Assembly (NCBI GenBank): GCA_051362555.1
Contig: CM120646.1
Coordinates: forward strand, 62,001-126,000
Length of the DNA stretch: 64,000 nt
Direction: 5' to 3'
Source of the DNA: Lingula anatina
Taxonomy: Eukaryota; Animalia; Brachiopoda
How positions within the stretch are numbered: position 1 is the stretch's first letter; every line of letters starts with the position of its first letter. Position numbers and translations under genes: made by a program. Under the pieces are notes generated by a model. The model was not told the origin of the DNA. It searched no databases and worked only from the letters and a program-made list of their open reading frames with translations. This document shows positions 12,608-26,041 of the stretch, in pieces.

Positions 12608-13463
12608 TGTTAGTCAGCACAGCTCAACTAAAATTCTGTAATTAAGAGCATTATCAGCCAAACTTTAGAAAGAACCTTCTTCGAGATAAAATGTTAAAAT
12701 CTCTCTGAATGTTACTGAAACTTATGCAATTTTCAAATGGAGAGTAAAATCGCCGCATTTGTTTACGCTATTCGACCGCTAGATGTCCGATTGTAGCCTT
12801 TCAAGACGAGACAATTTTTTCTCCTACTTAGATAATGAATTGTATCAAAGCTAAAACATTCATCGAACTTTGCCGATGTTTTTTCCGATTTCATTGTTGA
12901 TAAACGATCATTCAGGCACCAAAAGACGCCACAAGCCGTCATGTCTTGGGATTTTTTCACCTATTATTTGAAGAGTTTTTTGAGAGCGTGAGCCTAGTCA
13001 ACTATCGAAAGTAAACTACGATTTAATAAACAAGCGTTTTACATTCTTCGAGAAACTCTCACAGTTGGCTACGGTCTAGTCGGCTCAGTAATCAATTAGC
13101 TAAGCCTAGTTAACTAACGATTTTAGATTTTTGTGAAACGGGAAAGTGTTCGCTTCAACTCCAGATGAATGACAAGCAGTAGTTTTTAACGAATAGAGCG
13201 CTATTTGTTTGAGTCGGAAGGCGGTGTGGATAACTTCTGCCTATTTGAAAGGAATCTGATGAGATATGAAAGTTAATTTCACACTGTGAGAGATTTATGG
13301 ACATAACAAATTGCTGTAGGGGATGTTCACTTCAATTTATGAATAATAGCGGCGGGGGAGAAGCATGCTTTTGAAGAAGAAGAAGCATTTGGTAGCTTTG
13401 CTACATATGAATACAAATTATTTTTATTTAATCATATTTATTTTGCTTAATGGTGTTCTAGTA

Positions 13464-13514
<51 letters not shown>

Positions 13515-14318
13515 ATGACATATAACCAAGACAATAAATATCCACTCCGGTAAAGTTGTGTGCAGTCCTAACATGGACAGGGGTAATCATAGAGAGGGCT
13601 GACCTACGGCCATTGTTCTCCTCGGGCACCCTGGACATTTTCATAGTCTATAACGTGTCCCTCCATATCGTTTCAAACCATTTCGCGAGTGTAATTTCTG
13701 TTTGTAGATTTTTTCTAAAAGAAGTCTAACGGCTGTTAACTACTTTAAATGTGCCAAATATTCGTAGGCCGTCGGTACAAAGTATAACTCTTTGTCCTTT
13801 CGGAACAATTTGTACCTTTTAACCGATAGGAAGGCAAATAATGTCAGTAATTAAGCTATTTTGACCTTGGCTTTTGGGGGGAGGGGGGCTGGGCTTGGTT
13901 GTATACCTGTACTCACTCGCGGTCTTCTATCTTCCCTGTGATACTAACAGCCAAGGTCACGAGAGTTGTCGTCAATTTGACTGCTCCTATTGGCTGGCCA
14001 ACTCACCACACTGATAGGAAAAAATGTTCCAGTCTAAATGTTCAAATCATGGTATATTGGCAAAGAAGTTGAAGTTAACCGACCCAAATATAATTACTTT
14101 GGGACATTTGGAGTTCATAACACATCCCAATATTTTACACTCGCAAGAACGGAATAGCATGCTTATTTTTATACGTATTTTTCGGTCAGACCTTATGGAC
14201 TAGTAGGAGTGACGTCACGCCACCTTGACGAACCATGATGACGAGTGGTCCAATGTTGAAAACTAAAGCCTGAGGTGTGGTAAGCCGACTAAAAGTTCAT
14301 GCGTGCTGTAGGGGTTAA

Positions 14319-16783
14319 AGGACAATGTTCATGTAAAAATCCATTTCTCGAATTTTGAAGATACAGCACTCAATCTATACACTAGAGGTATGTTTTAATC
14401 GATCCCCGCCATTTAAAAATTATAAAAACAATCTATTAGTAGAAAAAAAGCGTTTTAGTAAACCTCACCTCAATATGCAAAAATGAAGCAACAGATCTGG
14501 GTCACGTGGTACTGTGACGACAATCACGATAAAGGTCTATGAGACTCAACTGAGCTGCAGGTGCATACAGACGGAGAAGTTAAGGAAAGTTGTGTTGAAC
14601 GGAGTTGAGGAATTTTCGTTATGCCTCGGTGTGTTGCCGTGGGATTCACCAAAATTGCAGCTCTCGTTGACAATCTTTCTTTGTCTGTGACGGTCTTCCG
14701 TGACTTACTTACTAACTTCGGTGACAATAGTTGCGATGCTCTAGATCATGGTCACCTCAGGTGGTTTAGATCATATCAAGAGCTGGTAGTCTTTCATATT
14801 AACTGTCATCAGTTGGCAAACTTACTGATTGCTGATGCATTTTAAATGCATTGTAGTTGACCAAAAGCTCGTTTACAACAAACCTGTTAATTATGCACCG
14901 CTGCAATTCCCAAGCCAGGTAATAACAGGTATGAAACTCGTCTTGGTGGGCTTTCATATTTTTCAATATATCTCATTTATTTCATGGGGTTATTTTATTG
15001 GTATTTGTAAATGACGTTAAATATCAATACTTAAACAATTAAGTTCAAACACGGTCGCGAACATTAATAAAAGAAATTGCTCTCAGGGTATCTTGAGGCT
15101 TCCGTGGAAGAAAACGTGTTGAGGAAAAACAGGAAAAAGAGCGTTATATTAAAGAAAAAATGGGAACTGCTATAATAAAATGGTTCGTTATCCTAATTCG
15201 TTTATGCTTTGAGGATTTGTTTCTGAAGATTATTTCATCTGAAATATTAAAGAATTTAAAAGATTGATTATTTTATAACTTGAAACGCAAATTCTGCGTC
15301 AGTACGCAATTTTTTTTTTTTTTTTGCAAATTTGTAAGCTTATAACAACGTGCTATAAAGATCTACTCAACAAAAAAATTTGCTTGGGTAAAATTGAGTA
15401 CGGAATGAACTGGAGACACTTGGCTTGTCATTAAGTTTACACGAAAATATGTCAGGTAACTTTATACTGTCTTTGAAAGAGTAAAGATTGAAAGATAATT
15501 TTAGACAAACTTTGACGGGGGAAATACCTACAAAGAGTAATGGGCTATTTCGCCAACATCTTGTTGAAAATTTTACACTGCAATTCTATCAAATAAGCTA
15601 AGGAACTAATTGCCAAATTAATACTCTCATCACATAACAGGGGGGTAACCAGACCTGCAAAAATTGTACGCACATATTTAAAAAGATTACAAGCACATAC
15701 AGCAAAATGTAGACTTACGCAAAACATGAAGGACAGCGTAATCACAGCAAATCTACCTCATATAGTAGCTTAATTTCCATTAATAATAAAATCATCATTT
15801 AAGTCAAAAATATTCTTGCGATTTAATAACTATTTTAATTTACCCAGAACGGTATATTTATTTTTAAAGGCGGTTAACTGAAATATAGTTTTATGATTTG
15901 TTTGTGAAAATTGCCCATGTCACCCTGTTAGTTTGGAGGTCTAAGCTGGATCAAGTCCGTGTTAAAATTCCTATGAAGTTGTGCAGGAAAAATTCTTCCT
16001 TTCTTTCTCTAGCTCCTCGATAAACCTGGTGTTCAGATTTTATCTAGTACCCCCAGGTCTACGGGAGCTGCGCTTTGTAACTAACGCACAGGTAGATTAT
16101 TACCGGAGATAACTGGAGTAAAGCTTAGATAGAGAGTGCGTTCGATACAAGCAAGACAAATTGAATGCCATTTAACCCTCTAATTAAGAGGTAAAGGAAG
16201 TTCCAGGTAGATGGATGATTAAGATAGGACTTGTAAAGGTAACGGGCATTGTTTACCTCAGTTTAATAAAAGTATGCAAGACGGAGTGTCAGCGGTTTAA
16301 TAAAATAAATTGAATTTCACAAATAACATGGACCTCATATGCAATAATCAACATTTCCCTTAACTCATTCAAATGCAGTGTTTTATACAGCTTGGGATAA
16401 CCATAATGAAATGCTTGTTAAAGAAATGACTAGACGGGAAATGGTTTTACACAGCTTCACGAGGATTTAGACCCCTCGGGTAAGAGATTTGAATGAGTAT
16501 AAACTTTTATCAGAAGCCAGAGAAGTCATCTTACAGGTAGACAATGCAGCTCAGTTTGACAGCTAAGCACGCTCTGTTCTCCAGTGGCTCGATTGTCGTC
16601 ATTGGACCACGTGACCACGTAGCTCATTAACTCCCAGGCCGAGCAAATAGGACGTTTTTTAAAGCCAAAAATTTACAAAATGAGCTTTTAATTTGTGTAT
16701 TTGGCTAAAGATATCGTTAGTTGGGCATGTTTTCTGAAGAATATGTTCCGTTCAGGCCATTCTGACGGCATGAAGCAAACCCT
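14319..16783. mobile_element. Non-autonomous TTAA-specific DNA transposon, Kolobok-like (copy 1)
   Basis: TTAA|AGGACAATGTTCATG...CATGAAGCAAACCCT|TTAA: TTAA TSD, RR..YY termini and short imperfect TIR. Subterminal inverted motifs ggtcacgtgg..tgacgacaatc / gattgtcgtca..ccacgtgacc. Near-identical copy at 26240-28701. No long ORF. Confidence 0.85.
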
Positions 16784-16817
16784 TTAAGCACTTATTGCTC
16801 ACGAAGATCACTGACCA

Positions 16818-18752
16818 GCATAGGGACAGTCGGGCTGACGTCACACGCCTTAGCAACCGGCATCTGGGGTAAAACAAATCGGGCAACATGGCGGATCGCA
16901 TTGACTTCTATGTAAAAGTTGGCAGACTTTGTCCGGAGATATCATTCTTCACAGTGCTTGACCACTTGTGTCAGTGAGGATGAGTTATTTACCTGGTTGA
17001 TTTCCTTTACAGGCTTTTGTAATTAGCAGCTGCACACCGGGTTAAGAGATAAAATCGTCCCTTATATAACTGCCGATCGTTATCTGTGATCGGGAATTTT
17101 ACAGCAGAAGATTTTGCAAAGGCAGTGCTTGACCTTTTGTGTCGGGCGCGTTGAATCATTTACCTGGTCTATTGAGTCAGCAGGCCTTTGTAATAAGCTA
17201 CTATTTAACTTGTTACGAGATAAAATTGGTCTTAACTGCATACGCAAATGTCCACAATAAGTACCTGTACATGTACATGAGGTAGTGAAATAGGAATGGC
17301 TTCTTAGAACGTGGATCGTAAGAAAGACCTGGGAAATGTGCAACACTGAGAAGTTATTAGAATAGGATTTCTACAAATTGTGATTAAATCACCTGCTGCT
17401 GCAATAGCCTGGGGAACGGGATAGGGGCAATGTCATCGGTCCCATGGCCTCTTTGGTCTGTATACAGTTCATATGTATATTAATGCAAGCCTGGAAGGAC
17501 AGCATAAACAGTTGCTTGCCAACTTTTTGGAAGAGAAGACACGTTGTGTTACCTGTATTAATATTGGCAGCTACGCGTCATATGAGTGTTTACAATCTTA
17601 TTGTGCACTTTTCTGGCGAAATATCATGGAAGACAGAACGTTAAGTTTCAAAACGTACAAGATTAAAATTAAATTGAATAACAAACACGGCAATAAAGCT
17701 GTATGTTATTTTACCAGTTAAGGTCGCTTTATCTATGGCAACTTTTTTTAAAATTTTACTTTGATAACTTAAAGATTTAGACATTACCTCACAAGTTTGT
17801 CAATATATTGACGTACATATTTTTCTTACCTTTATGACGCCATCAATTAACTTACAACAAAAAAGTTTGACGTTATAGTCCATTAATTTTAACTATAAGA
17901 ATTGATATACCGTCACACATGCCAAAACAAGATGCAATCTCAATTTCTTGTAACTACTACTAATTAATTCCTGTAACAAATGAAAAACATAAATACCAAA
18001 CAAGGTACAATGACTTTCTCCTTATCTATAATAAAATGAACTATACACACATACACAAATCTTGTAGTGCATGTATAGCTACGACCAAATCTTGTTTCGA
18101 TCAACAGTCTCGTCTTTAGTCACGTTTGCACGACCTTTAGCCTGCAACAGTCGTTTACTTTTCCGTTGATCTTTGAAATTTAACAAATCCCATTAGATTT
18201 TATTAATGTATTTGTGTCACCTGATACACAGCAAGCTTCCACCATTTAACTTTTGCACGTGCCTGAGAGTTAAACAGTACCGGTTCACTTCAGTAGACCT
18301 GCAAAATGTACCCGTCATATGTGTCTGCAATATGCAACGTCAACAGTTATTAGTACAATTGAAACCTTCCTTGATAATATCAGTTGCTTCCATGTGGTTT
18401 TCTTTTCAATGAGATGTGAATATTATTATTCTCATCCAGGTAAGCAAATGAGTCTTTGCAATCTACTACTGTAAGATTCCTGATCACAGATAACGATCGG
18501 CAGTTAAGGCCGATTTTATCTCTTAACCAGGTGTGCAGCAGCTAATTACAAAAGCCTGTAAAGGAAATCAACCAGGTAAATAACTCATCCTCACTGACAC
18601 AAGTGATCAGGCACTGTGAAGTATGATATCTTCGGATAAAGCCTGCCAACTTTTACATAGAAGTCAATGCGATCCGCCATGTTGCCCGATTTGTTTTACC
18701 CCAGATGCCGGTTGCTAAGGTAAAGTGCCCGGATGACCGACTGTCCCTATGC
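16818..18752. mobile_element. Non-autonomous DNA element with ~300-bp terminal inverted repeats
   Basis: 16818-17121 (gcatagggacagtcgg..ccttagcaaccggcatctggggtaaaac..) is the reverse complement of ~18452-18752 (..ccccagatgccggttgctaagg..ccgactgtccctatgc). No TSD or transposase recognised. Confidence 0.8.
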
Positions 18753-19489
18753 ACTATGAGGCACCAGGGACGTCCAAATCATATGAGTACCTCTAGCATT
18801 TCCATACGGACAGTGGATTAAAACGCCCGCAGCCATTAGACCCCTGCCTTCGAGCGCGACATGAGACGTTAACAGACACAGATCTCCCCTAGTGGGAGGA
18901 GATGTCCCCAGGGTGGGGGAGTTACCGAAATGAAAGAAGTCATACACGAGGAGAGTGCCCGGAGGGTCCCAGTGAGTATTTTCGTTACCCGTGAAAGCAA
19001 CTTTTATTTCCCCCGAGATACGCGAAACGTTCATATTATATAGCGTGATCCGTGAAGCACCCCATCCCCGTGACGCGTGAATGCAGCTTTTCTTGGTACT
19101 TTGTGAATCTAAGTCTCTATAGTCGGTGATTAAATGAGTTATTAAGTTTTATTTACTATGATTTGTGAATTGACGATTTATTTCCGGTGAACTGTGATCA
19201 CTGCCCCTCCAATGGGACCCTCTTCCCCCAGGGGATGGGGGGCTTCCTGTTTTACCTTAAGACTATGGTATATTTGTTGCACTGCTGACGGAGAATAGTC
19301 AAAGTTTGGCTGTTCTAACAGAGTAGATATAGTCGTCTCTTCAGACAGGAAAGTGAGTGCTCTAAACACGTAAGTAATGTTGTGAAGGTTTTTTCTTTTA
19401 TCCTGAATCACCTAGTTTACCGGCAAATTGCCTTTATTAGACAGCATCTGGTGTGCTGCTGCATAGCTGCCAGTCTCTGGTAAATAAAA

Positions 19490-19764
19490 CGGATGACATT
19501 TCTTCATTTTGGCCGAGAAAGTGCCGTAAAACGATTTTTCCTTTGGTAAATAACGATTTTTCCATAGAGGGTAAATATATCCGTTTCCACATTTAAAGAT
19601 AGTTGGTCCTTTTTTAAGTGTTTTTGTTTGCAATCACAGACTTCAGAATAATTGCGATAACCGCCGTTTTGGTGGTAAAATGGAATGTACTGTGTTTGAT
19701 ATGTTCTTTACAGTATATTTTTGTTGAATTTTGAATCTCATATGAAGAGTTGTTATCCCTTTAA
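19490..19764. mobile_element. Fragment of an older dispersed repeat ending in YY-TTAA; a diverged copy lies at ~33970-34284
   Basis: Shared blocks ttcattttggcc, ggtaaataacgatttt, ttcagaataat, gtggtaaaat and atctcataYgaagagttgtWatccYYttaa. Confidence 0.6.
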
Positions 19765-20481
19765 GGTTGAGGACGAAAACTATTCCAATTAGGGATTTGG
19801 AAAAGGCCAAAGCTCAGCGTTGAATGGATGTTTTAACATGATTTACATACCTAGGGATGTTATATGACCGTGGCGATATGATGATCACTGAAGCCTGTCC
19901 ATTTAGCCAAGCTTCAGTGAAGATCGAGGGCAACCTCGAGCCGCTACCCAAAAATGTCTCGCTTCACTCGACATTTCTGCGTAGCGTCTCTCGGAGAACT
20001 CGGATTTAACCTCGATGTAGTCTAGAATTTCACGACTACATCTTGGTTAAATCAGTCGAGGTCTCTTAAATGCTGAAAGCCAAAGACAGTGATCATGTGA
20101 CCTTCTTGGCATCAAGAGAATAGTGACGTTGCTTACGTTATATACCTACCAGTAGACAAATTTAAAATCTCTCACAATCTTAGAAAATTAGCATAAACGT
20201 TTCACGTTTAACAATTATTATTTAGCATTTTATCACACTAAGTCATGTAATATGGGTATGGTTTGAAAACGGGAATTAGTTAACATTTAAGCCACACGTG
20301 TATACAAATTATTTGTAAATCTATAACTTTTTAACGAGGGTTGTGTTATTATTTACCTTTTGTTTTTAAGCTGATCTTCTTCCTCTTTATCAGATATATC
20401 GGAAAAAATCAAATGTATTCCATTCCCCCTTTTAACTTGTAATTACATATAGCACATGAATGCTCTGAAAACCAGCACATG

Positions 20482-20800
20482 TATATTCCGAAACCGCCTC
20501 GTAGTAAAAAATGTCACCAAAACGTAGAATTATACTCCTGTGGACTTGAAATAAACATCCGTTTGATTTTGACTATATTCCGTAACCGCCTCGTCGTCAG
20601 AAATAACAATAGAAAACTATAATTATTACTCCCGTGAACTTGTGTGAAACATCCTCGATTTTGACTATATTCCGAAACTGCCTCGTTGTCAGAAATATCA
20701 CCAAAAAGTAAATTTCTTTCTCCTTTACACTTGTGAATAATTAGTTTGACTAAATTCCGGTTCGACGCTCCTTTTTTATCAGAAATGTCACTAAAAAGTA
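20482..20800. repeat. Degenerate ~92-bp tandem repeat, 3-4 copies
   Basis: Recurrent gactatattccgWaacYgcctcgt..tcagaaat at ~20482, 20571, 20663, 20748. Confidence 0.6.
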
Positions 20801-21107
20801 GAGGTTTTGCCTTGGGACCTTTTTTCCGCAGCAGTCCCAGCTAGGTGTGGCTCAGCTGAGACGCGCATGGTCAGTGTCGACAGGTTGATTAAATATTTTT
20901 CAAGCAAATGAACGTCCACGACAAGTATTTAACAAAAATTGACCAAATTGGTCAGATATTACGTAAGAATTTGGCGGGAGGTGACCAGCGCACGTGGACG
21001 AGTTTATTCTGTATAACATCTCTAGAGCGTGATATAGGGTCACTTTATTCGGTTTTAGGGGTGTTTAAGGATGAAATGACTGTATTTTTTCTCGGTATGT
21101 ATGTCAA

Positions 21108-21204
21108 ATAATACACTGTCACCCTCTCGCGATATATGCCATGAACACCTCTCGCTGACGCTCGAGGTGTTATGGCATATATCGCTCGGGTGACAGTGTA
21201 TTAT
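21108..21204. repeat. 97-bp hairpin/palindrome
   Basis: ataatacactgtcaccc..gcgatatatgccat.aacacctc|tcgctgacgctc|gaggtgtt.atggcatatatcgc..gggtgacagtgtattat. Confidence 0.8.
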
Positions 21205-21504
21205 CTCACACATAATATTTTCAATGGATTTTTTCATTTAAATTAATTCAATTTCAGCTATGTACGATTTAAACGAAAGCATAATTTTATTTTTAAAATG
21301 CCTCAATATCACCTTTAATTTCTTCTCAGTTAAGTTTTATTGGTGAATTATATATTTTTTTAATATTGTTAAAAAATCATTATCTTTTTATACAGCAGTT
21401 GTTAAATATATTTGCCTATTTCCTTGGAATTTTTTCAATGATGAACCAATGCTATTGAGTTTATTGATGATAAACCGAATGTCAACTAAGGTACAAGGTT
21501 TAGC

Positions 21505-21736
21505 CTCCGTAATGTATTGGTCAAATATTGTAGACCTGTGTTAACATGCACTTAAGCAATAATAATATCGAAAACTGTTGACCTTGCTAACATGTATGAA
21601 AGCAACGATAATATTAAATATTGTTGACCTTGCTAACATGTATAATATCAAATATTGTTGACCTTGCTAACATGTATAGGGCCTAATATCAAATATTGTT
21701 GCCCTTGCTAACATGTATGAAAGCAATGCTAACATG
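21505..21736. repeat. Degenerate ~35-48-bp tandem repeat just upstream of a splice acceptor
   Basis: aatattgttgaccttgctaacatgtat repeated about 5 times, ending ~25 bp before ttctcttttag (21760). Confidence 0.7.
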
Positions 21737-21778
21737 GGATACTGCTGTGTTCTCTTTTAGTTTCTCCTGTCCCACAAC

Positions 21779-22939
21779 ATGATCGGTCCTCTGAGGGGAT
21801 ATTTCTGCAGATCTACCTGCTATCTTTCATTTATTTCCATCCTTGTTATCAACGTGTTGGTGCTGTATCAAAATGTAACAAAGAACGTCAACAGAAACAC
21901 AATAATGACACGAGGACAGGAAGCAGTGAACAGCAGTGTCTTGGACAAGGTCCTTTTACCCGGGTACCAGCACACGACTCTGGTCCTACCGAGACCCACC
22001 AAGCCCCCGGGTAGTCCGTTTAGACTGAGGGACCGGGAGTGGGACCACTTACGTCATCATGGCTACGTCATTGCCAACGAGAAGTACTGTGAGGTGAGGC
22101 CAGGCCAGGAGGTATTCCTGGTTGTCACGGTGATGTCAGATCCGCGAGACCGCAAATCTCGTCAGTTCTTTCGTTCCACGTTTGGTTCAGTTAAGGAGCA
22201 CCGCGGCAAATTGCTGCGTATATTGTATGCTGTCGGGCGTACCTTTGATACCAAAGTGGAGTCGGACGTTGCATCAGAAAGCGATGCGTTCGGGGATATA
22301 GTCAAGTTCGATATGCTTGACTCTTATTCTAATTTCACATTAAAGTCACTTCTGACCTTAAGCTGGACAGCGACCCACTGCAGCCATGCCAAGTTCTATA
22401 TGAAAGTCGGACACGATGTCGTCGTTAATTTCCGGCGAATTGTGGACTATTTTATAGAGGTCCCCGCCAGAAACATGATGACAGGTGTGCTGCGAGAAGA
22501 CGGGGGGCGGACAGCACATCATTTACGAGGGGCACCATGGGCACGGTCGCCAGGATACATAATAGGTCATATAACCATACAGTCAGTAGACACCGTCAAA
22601 GAGTTATATCTGGAGTCACTCCACCATCCTTTATTTTGTGAGGACCAGTTTGTATCTTTCATCGCACGAAAACTCAACATTACGCTGATTGATAACCAAT
22701 ATTTTAGAGGCTGTCCTTGGGAAAATATGATGACAAATAATACCTGCGACATCTTACAAGTATTTAGTATTCACACCCAACCTTTCCACGGAGCACCGGA
22801 CTGGTCGAAGAAGGAAAAAAAGCGATATTGGGAAATGATTCATCCCACTTCTCCAGAGTCCCGCCAATCATGTGACCGGAACCGGAAGTGGATGCATGAC
22901 AATAGGAAAGATTGCAATTATTTAGCACCTGAAAAGTAA
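21779..22939 (+). CDS. Beta-1,3-galactosyltransferase / GT31 family type II membrane protein (single coding exon)
   Basis: 386-aa ORF with an N-terminal TM anchor (YLSFISILVINVLVLY) and a stem. GT31 motifs: FLVVTVMS, RQFFRSTFG, ESDAFGDIV..D..DSYSNFTLKS, W...C....FYMK, ED. An acceptor at 21759-21760 suggests an upstream UTR exon. Confidence 0.85.
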   Translation: MIGPLRGYFCRSTCYLSFISILVINVLVLYQNVTKNVNRNTIMTRGQEAVNSSVLDKVLLPGYQHTTLVLPRPTKPPGSPFRLRDREWDHLRHHGYVIANEKYCEVRPGQEVFLVVTVMSDPRDRKSRQFFRSTFGSVKEHRGKLLRILYAVGRTFDTKVESDVASESDAFGDIVKFDMLDSYSNFTLKSLLTLSWTATHCSHAKFYMKVGHDVVVNFRRIVDYFIEVPARNMMTGVLREDGGRTAHHLRGAPWARSPGYIIGHITIQSVDTVKELYLESLHHPLFCEDQFVSFIARKLNITLIDNQYFRGCPWENMMTNNTCDILQVFSIHTQPFHGAPDWSKKEKKRYWEMIHPTSPESRQSCDRNRKWMHDNRKDCNYLAPEK

Positions 22940-24500
22940 GCCGTGGACCTGTCAAAGGAACAAAGTTGTGTGCGTGATGAAATAAGACGTTTATTTGATT
23001 AAAGAAAAGGACAAACCCTCATCTATCGAGCTTTTTTCATTCAATAAAAGCTCTTTTCTGTCTTTGTTTAAGGTGCCCAATGTAGGATTTTGCGCCAAAA
23101 TTCACATTTCGCTAGTTATTCCCGATGTAAACGGCATCCCTCCCCCCTCCATTAGCCAGCCTTCAATCTTCCTTTCCTGATATTTGCTATAACTCTGAAA
23201 CAAATCTGGAAAAAGCCGAAGATCAAAACCCGCGTTTTTCGCGGAGGTTTTCCATCCATTTCATTAACTCGACTTCCAGACATCACGAGACTCTTGTGCC
23301 GTGACTCGCGCCATTTTCAAACTGTGTCAAGATGGCTGACTACCGAGGTTGGACGGTGGATATGATTACTTTTTGCGATACTGTTTAAGGCAATTTGTCT
23401 GTAATTTTATTTTTTAAACATTTAGTTGTCCTCAGATAGGTTCAATTGTTTATTGAGGCTATCTAGTACTGAGAATGCGAATTAATTCCCACATTGGGTG
23501 CCTTTAATAAGTTTAACTGTTTGTCAGTGAAATTATTCAAATTTTCTCCATTTAAAACGTCATTTCATCATTCAATCTTAGGTTCAATCACTTATTGTAT
23601 AATAATGATTACCATTTATAGACCCTATATATATCGCAAGTAATGCTTTTCTATTCGTAAGGCCCCACACGTTCAGCTACACACTGAAGAATTTGAAGGA
23701 AATTTACTTGCTTTGAAAAGCTTTTATACAGGCGAGGAAATGTGTTTGATAGTTATATGATATTGTGTTTTGGTCTTTAGATCAATTTTCTCTTATAAGG
23801 AATCACTGCAGTTTTATGTGAAGTATAACAGTTATACGCTGTGCTATTGAAGCAAAACATAGATGTACGGAAGTCGGACCCAGATCGATACCACTATCTG
23901 ATAGAGATCATAAAAACTAAAGTAGTAGCTTCATTCTGGAACTGTAAACAGTCCTTCGACCATATAAGGAAGATAATGAAATATGATTATTATTCCAACG
24001 ATTATTATTGAAACTATTATTCCACCTTACACCCCTATTTTTTGTGAATTTATTCGGAGCGACTACGCCCCCCCCCCTTCTATGAAGCATGACCCATGAC
24101 CCACAAAGTATGGTACCTCTTTTATTCAAATGGAAATGTGATTCTTTGTTTATTGACGTATGGTTCTCTGGCTGTTATAATGTCACCAAATAAAGTGCGG
24201 TGTTATGACGATGGCAACATTGGAATGGGTTGAAGTGTTTGTGGTGAATAATTAGATTTTATCGAACATCGAATTAGTATGCACATTGTTAAAAAATACA
24301 AAACGACTCTATTGGCAGCTACCTATTGTTTTTGATTGATTCAGGTGTATCAAAAATCGAAAAAGGGAATTTATTTTTGATCTTTGCAAACCATTCTTTC
24401 GGTCAATACATATTACGTGCTAAGACATCTGCGTCCTAACGAGGTAGGGTGAGGCCGAAGACGTACCGTACACTGGTTGTAGTCGATTAGCTCTTCTACA

Positions 24501-24938
24501 ATGTTCGGCCCATGGTGCAGGGAAACTCTGATCCAGGTAGTCGTCTTGCTGTCTATGGTGTCCTGTGTCACCGCCACTGAGATCATTGACACATGCACAA
24601 ACTCGAACGCCCCCCGCGGAGACACTTTAAACGTGTCGTTTGTCTCTGCCGACTACGGCGTTTCCCTTGTAGTGGACACGGTGGACAGTCGCAGTAATCT
24701 GGAGTGTATTTTGGCGTGTACCAGAAACTTCCGCTGCAGGTCGTCCTATTTCAATACAGTTGACAAGACGTGTTATATGACAGATACACCACAAACCACT
24801 GCCGGTTATACAACGACGTCCAGCGAGGCTACGGGCTACGTGACCAACATTCTGTTACCACAGGTGAGAATCTTTGGAAATATCTAGGTATAACACATCT
24901 AAACATCGCCTTGGGGTTGTCAGCTTTGTAATTCACAT

Positions 24939-24980
<42 letters not shown>

Positions 24981-25993
24981 AGGGAGAGAGAGAGGAAGGG
25001 GGAATGGGAGACAGGAGACAGAGGACAGAGGGCGAGGGAGGATCATAAGAGAGACAACGTAATCGCTATAAACATACATATCATCTGGTTATTATTACAT
25101 GTAGTATTATACCTTGAAAATAATGCCATAAAACCCTGATGAAAACCTCTGAGAAGAAGAGGATCTTAATAATGTATTCATTAACTTTATATTTATCAGA
25201 TTTACTGCTTACTAAAATTTTATCACAATAACTTGTCCCTGTTTTGATACTTTTGATCCCACTAGACAACACTAGGCATACAACTGTTATGTGTGAATAT
25301 CAGCGTAGATACAACTCATTCCGTCGTTCAACAGAAAACAAAATTATGAAAATTGTTGCCGTTACATTTATCCCAAAGTATTATAAAATTTTATTAAGAA
25401 CAGCTACATGTGTGCTAACAGGAGGCCATAATCTAGACTACTAGTGATATCGTCTTAAATTACATTTTTATTATTGTAATGCTCCGTTTCCTATCAAAAT
25501 TAACAATATTTACGTAATTTTACTATTCACGATCGTGGTAGACAACTTGTATCCAGTAACATTTTTTACTATCAAAAATTGTGGTAAAAATGCGTATTCA
25601 GCAGCCTTATTTGTGTGGTCTGCAGATGTTGACAATTTGACATTGTTCGAGAACCTATTCCAGGGAAAAGTTTTCTTTGTGCTCGAGAAATTTTCTATTC
25701 TGGTTTTTAAAGATATAAAAGTCCTTAGCGACAAAACTGTCCTTACTGTCTCGGCGTTATTACAAAAAGTACAAGTAAATGTCGAAATGGCGTATAGAAA
25801 ATCAAAGACATTAAAAACTGCAAATATACGTCCGCGCCTGTTCAAAGTACACAGCAATGGAGAAATCAAATCATCTCTGTGCCATATCAGTGTAAAGGTT
25901 ACGGAGATTTCATAACAATGTGTTTGAAACTTTCACTGTCATCTTGACCGGTCGATGAATCTAAAATGTAAACTTACAAAAGTCTTCCACAAT

Positions 25994-26041
<48 letters not shown>

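Noticed and set aside
25510-25915. Overlapping 119/126-aa ORFs in intron 1 of the PAN-CTHRC1-domain gene
   Set aside because: No recognisable domain or supporting splice structure; probably chance or decayed TE sequence.
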